A stretch of DNA of 64,000 nucleotides, taken from positions 65,100,001-65,164,000 of the forward strand of contig OZ336882.1 in assembly GCA_965287045.1 (NCBI GenBank), given 5' to 3'. A program made the translations under genes and the position numbers. The stretch is from Carcharhinus amblyrhynchos (lineage: Eukaryota). The notes below the pieces were generated by a model. It worked only from the letters and a program-made list of their open reading frames with translations, searched no databases and was not told the DNA's origin. Numbering within the stretch: the stretch's first letter is position 1; the number at the start of each line of letters is the position of its first letter. Below are positions 61,990 through 64,000 of the stretch, one piece after another.

Positions 61990-62400
61990 CACAAGATCCT
62001 CAGCAGGAATGGAAGCTGTCCACTTCTTTTCCAAGCTTTGGTTTGCAGGACAGGTTAGACCAGACAATATTCAAGAATGGATCAACGAGGTATAAACAAC
62101 TTAACTAAGAAATTATACTCAATATTTTGACCCATATATACAATGTTAACTCGATATGCTATTGGTTTAGTGGAAAATGACCTCCACCCAGACAGTGGTG
62201 ACAAATTTTCATTCGACGAACTGCTTCTTCACCAGGTCTACAAAACATTCAACAGCATGTATACTGCATCAATTCAAGACCTGCACAGACAGGGTCAGTG
62301 ACAATTCCCAGGCTCACTGCAATGGCATTCTACGGAATCCCAATACTTCATAAAGAAACTGGCAGGGGCAATTGAAACAGCAAGACCAACCCTCAATCCA
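61990..62400 (+). mobile_element. Possible very degenerate, internally deleted Gypsy pol relic
   Basis: Weak colinear echoes: AVHFFSKL (MVNFYSKF), QYFDP..QC, YAIGLV (YGIGAV), RVSDNS..NGI (LVSDNG..NGI), LAGAIET. Confidence 0.3.
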
Positions 62401-64000
62401 CTTGCAATATTGTTGGGTGCTACTTTGATATGGACCCCTTGTTTGAAGAATGGTCATCCAATTTCCCAATTGGTTTTAAATGGGTTTCCAGAAGAACAAT
62501 TCCAATATAGATTAAGAGTGGTGTTTGGTGATGACTCTGTTTACCGATAGACCAGAGGAAAGTAGTTTTTGCAACTCAAGGGTTAATGTGCATTGCAAGA
62601 TTCTACTACCTCCTAGAAATGCTACACTGGTTGCTTATTTTACAATCAGGAGACATACAAGTGTAATTTTGTGAGGCTCTTACTGTGGAGACTTGCTTTG
62701 CAGGCCATTGATTCTGTGCTATTTCTGACGTGGTCCTACCTCCAAACCATGCTCCCACCTCCTGAGGCTCAAAACTGGGAGCAGAGCTTGATAAAATTAC
62801 ATCATGACGTCTTAAGGCATAAGTATAACTGCCTCTAAAAAATACAAGTGAAGGCTACATTTATATCTGAACTGCAACACACTGGTGCCTTTCTGTGACT
62901 ATCAGCTTGCTTCCAATTAAAGGAAATCACCTCATTTTAACCTGACTATAACAAGGCCGCTGCTGCCTTTGCCATAACATTGCAAATCAGTTCAATACAT
63001 ATGCCAGACAAAGCTTTCAGCCAAAACTACCTGGTACATTTGGCTCATTTTATTTTTAAATAGAAGAGGGCACAGAGTAACATTGTAGCTGCCCTTCATC
63101 TCATGTACAGAGGGTGAAAGTGCTGATTTAAATGTGAACTGCAGGTAACTAAAATTTTCTGCTTTCCCTCACTAACAAATAAATAAAAGAAAAATTGACC
63201 AAGTTTGTTTTTTTTTACTGGGTATTGTGAGAGAGAACGCTGTTCGGAAATGAAATTAAGAGGGAAACCAGTCCGATACTGTAACTAAATTAGCATCAAA
63301 TGCAAATCACTGGGTACTTAGTGGTAGAACAGGTGCAGGGAAGGCCTTTAAATGAGACAAATGAATAAAACATCCCTCTGCACAAATGTGTACGCTGACA
63401 CAAAGTCAATTGCATGAATAATTCAGCAACCTTGCTGCTGATGCAGGGGTCACCCTGCCTCGACCTTTATGACAGGAAGTGAAATAAAAATAAGGGGGAG
63501 TGGGCGGAGAGGAATACACCAGATAAAGCTGCTAACTGTGGAATTGGCTGGAGGTATTGTTTGAGACGCACCCACCCGAATAAATGTGCCAAGAGCCTGT
63601 AGGCATACAGTGTGGCCATCGTTGCCACCGTCCCAGCTCAGAACTTTGTGCCTCTGAGCACCAGGATCCAGGTTTTATTGATTCCCCAGAGTCACGTCTG
63701 CTCCGAAATATTCCTAATGGGTTCAGCACATGATCTCCCATATCCAATCTCCCAGCTCACTCAAAAAGTCTTTTTTATCCCCCGATCTTGGATATTTTTA
63801 TATCTAATAAACAAAAACATTTTTCTGAAAAAAAAGCACAATTTCTTTTGCTGCCCCCATGAATTTTCTCATCTGTGTCCAGGAAATTAATCTTCAAATG
63901 CTGGAGACTCCAGGGTAATCCTGGAGGTGTTGGCAACACAGACAGTGAAGGTATTAAGAGATCTGAAGAATGTGGGTCACTTCACATCCAGCCTTCCAAC

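Noticed and set aside
62171-62293. 123-nt symmetric exon candidate (AG..GTCAGT)
   Set aside because: Weak pyrimidine tract, two frames open, unrecognised peptide, and overlap with a possible Gypsy relic.

Overview
Eukaryotic, repeat-rich, apparently non-coding 64 kb. The repeat complement (HE1/V-SINEs, HER1/CR1, Rex1 and L2 LINEs, DeuSINE-like SINEs, Penelope-like elements) points to a shark/elasmobranch genome; this is an inference. I found no host protein-coding exon I can support: every long ORF is a retroelement fragment or a tandem-repeat artefact. Main observations: (1) a 5'-truncated Penelope-like element (RT + GIY-YIG, 11-12 bp TSD) and several short Penelope-terminus insertions carrying minimal hammerhead-ribozyme motifs with covarying stem II, including a 91-bp, TSD-flanked insert with an apparently intact hammerhead at 35664-35754; (2) a CpG-rich 21-bp minisatellite with an internal ~290-bp inverted block; (3) a V-SINE whose tail looks swapped for a Rex1-type hairpin tail; (4) three or four extremely decayed Gypsy (Mag-like) pol relics; (5) local duplications or templated insertions near 59-61.5 kb; (6) several TE-free, homeodomain-motif-rich blocks that look like conserved enhancers of a gene desert or large intron (unverified). 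Family names and boundaries of old repeats were called by eye and are approximate.
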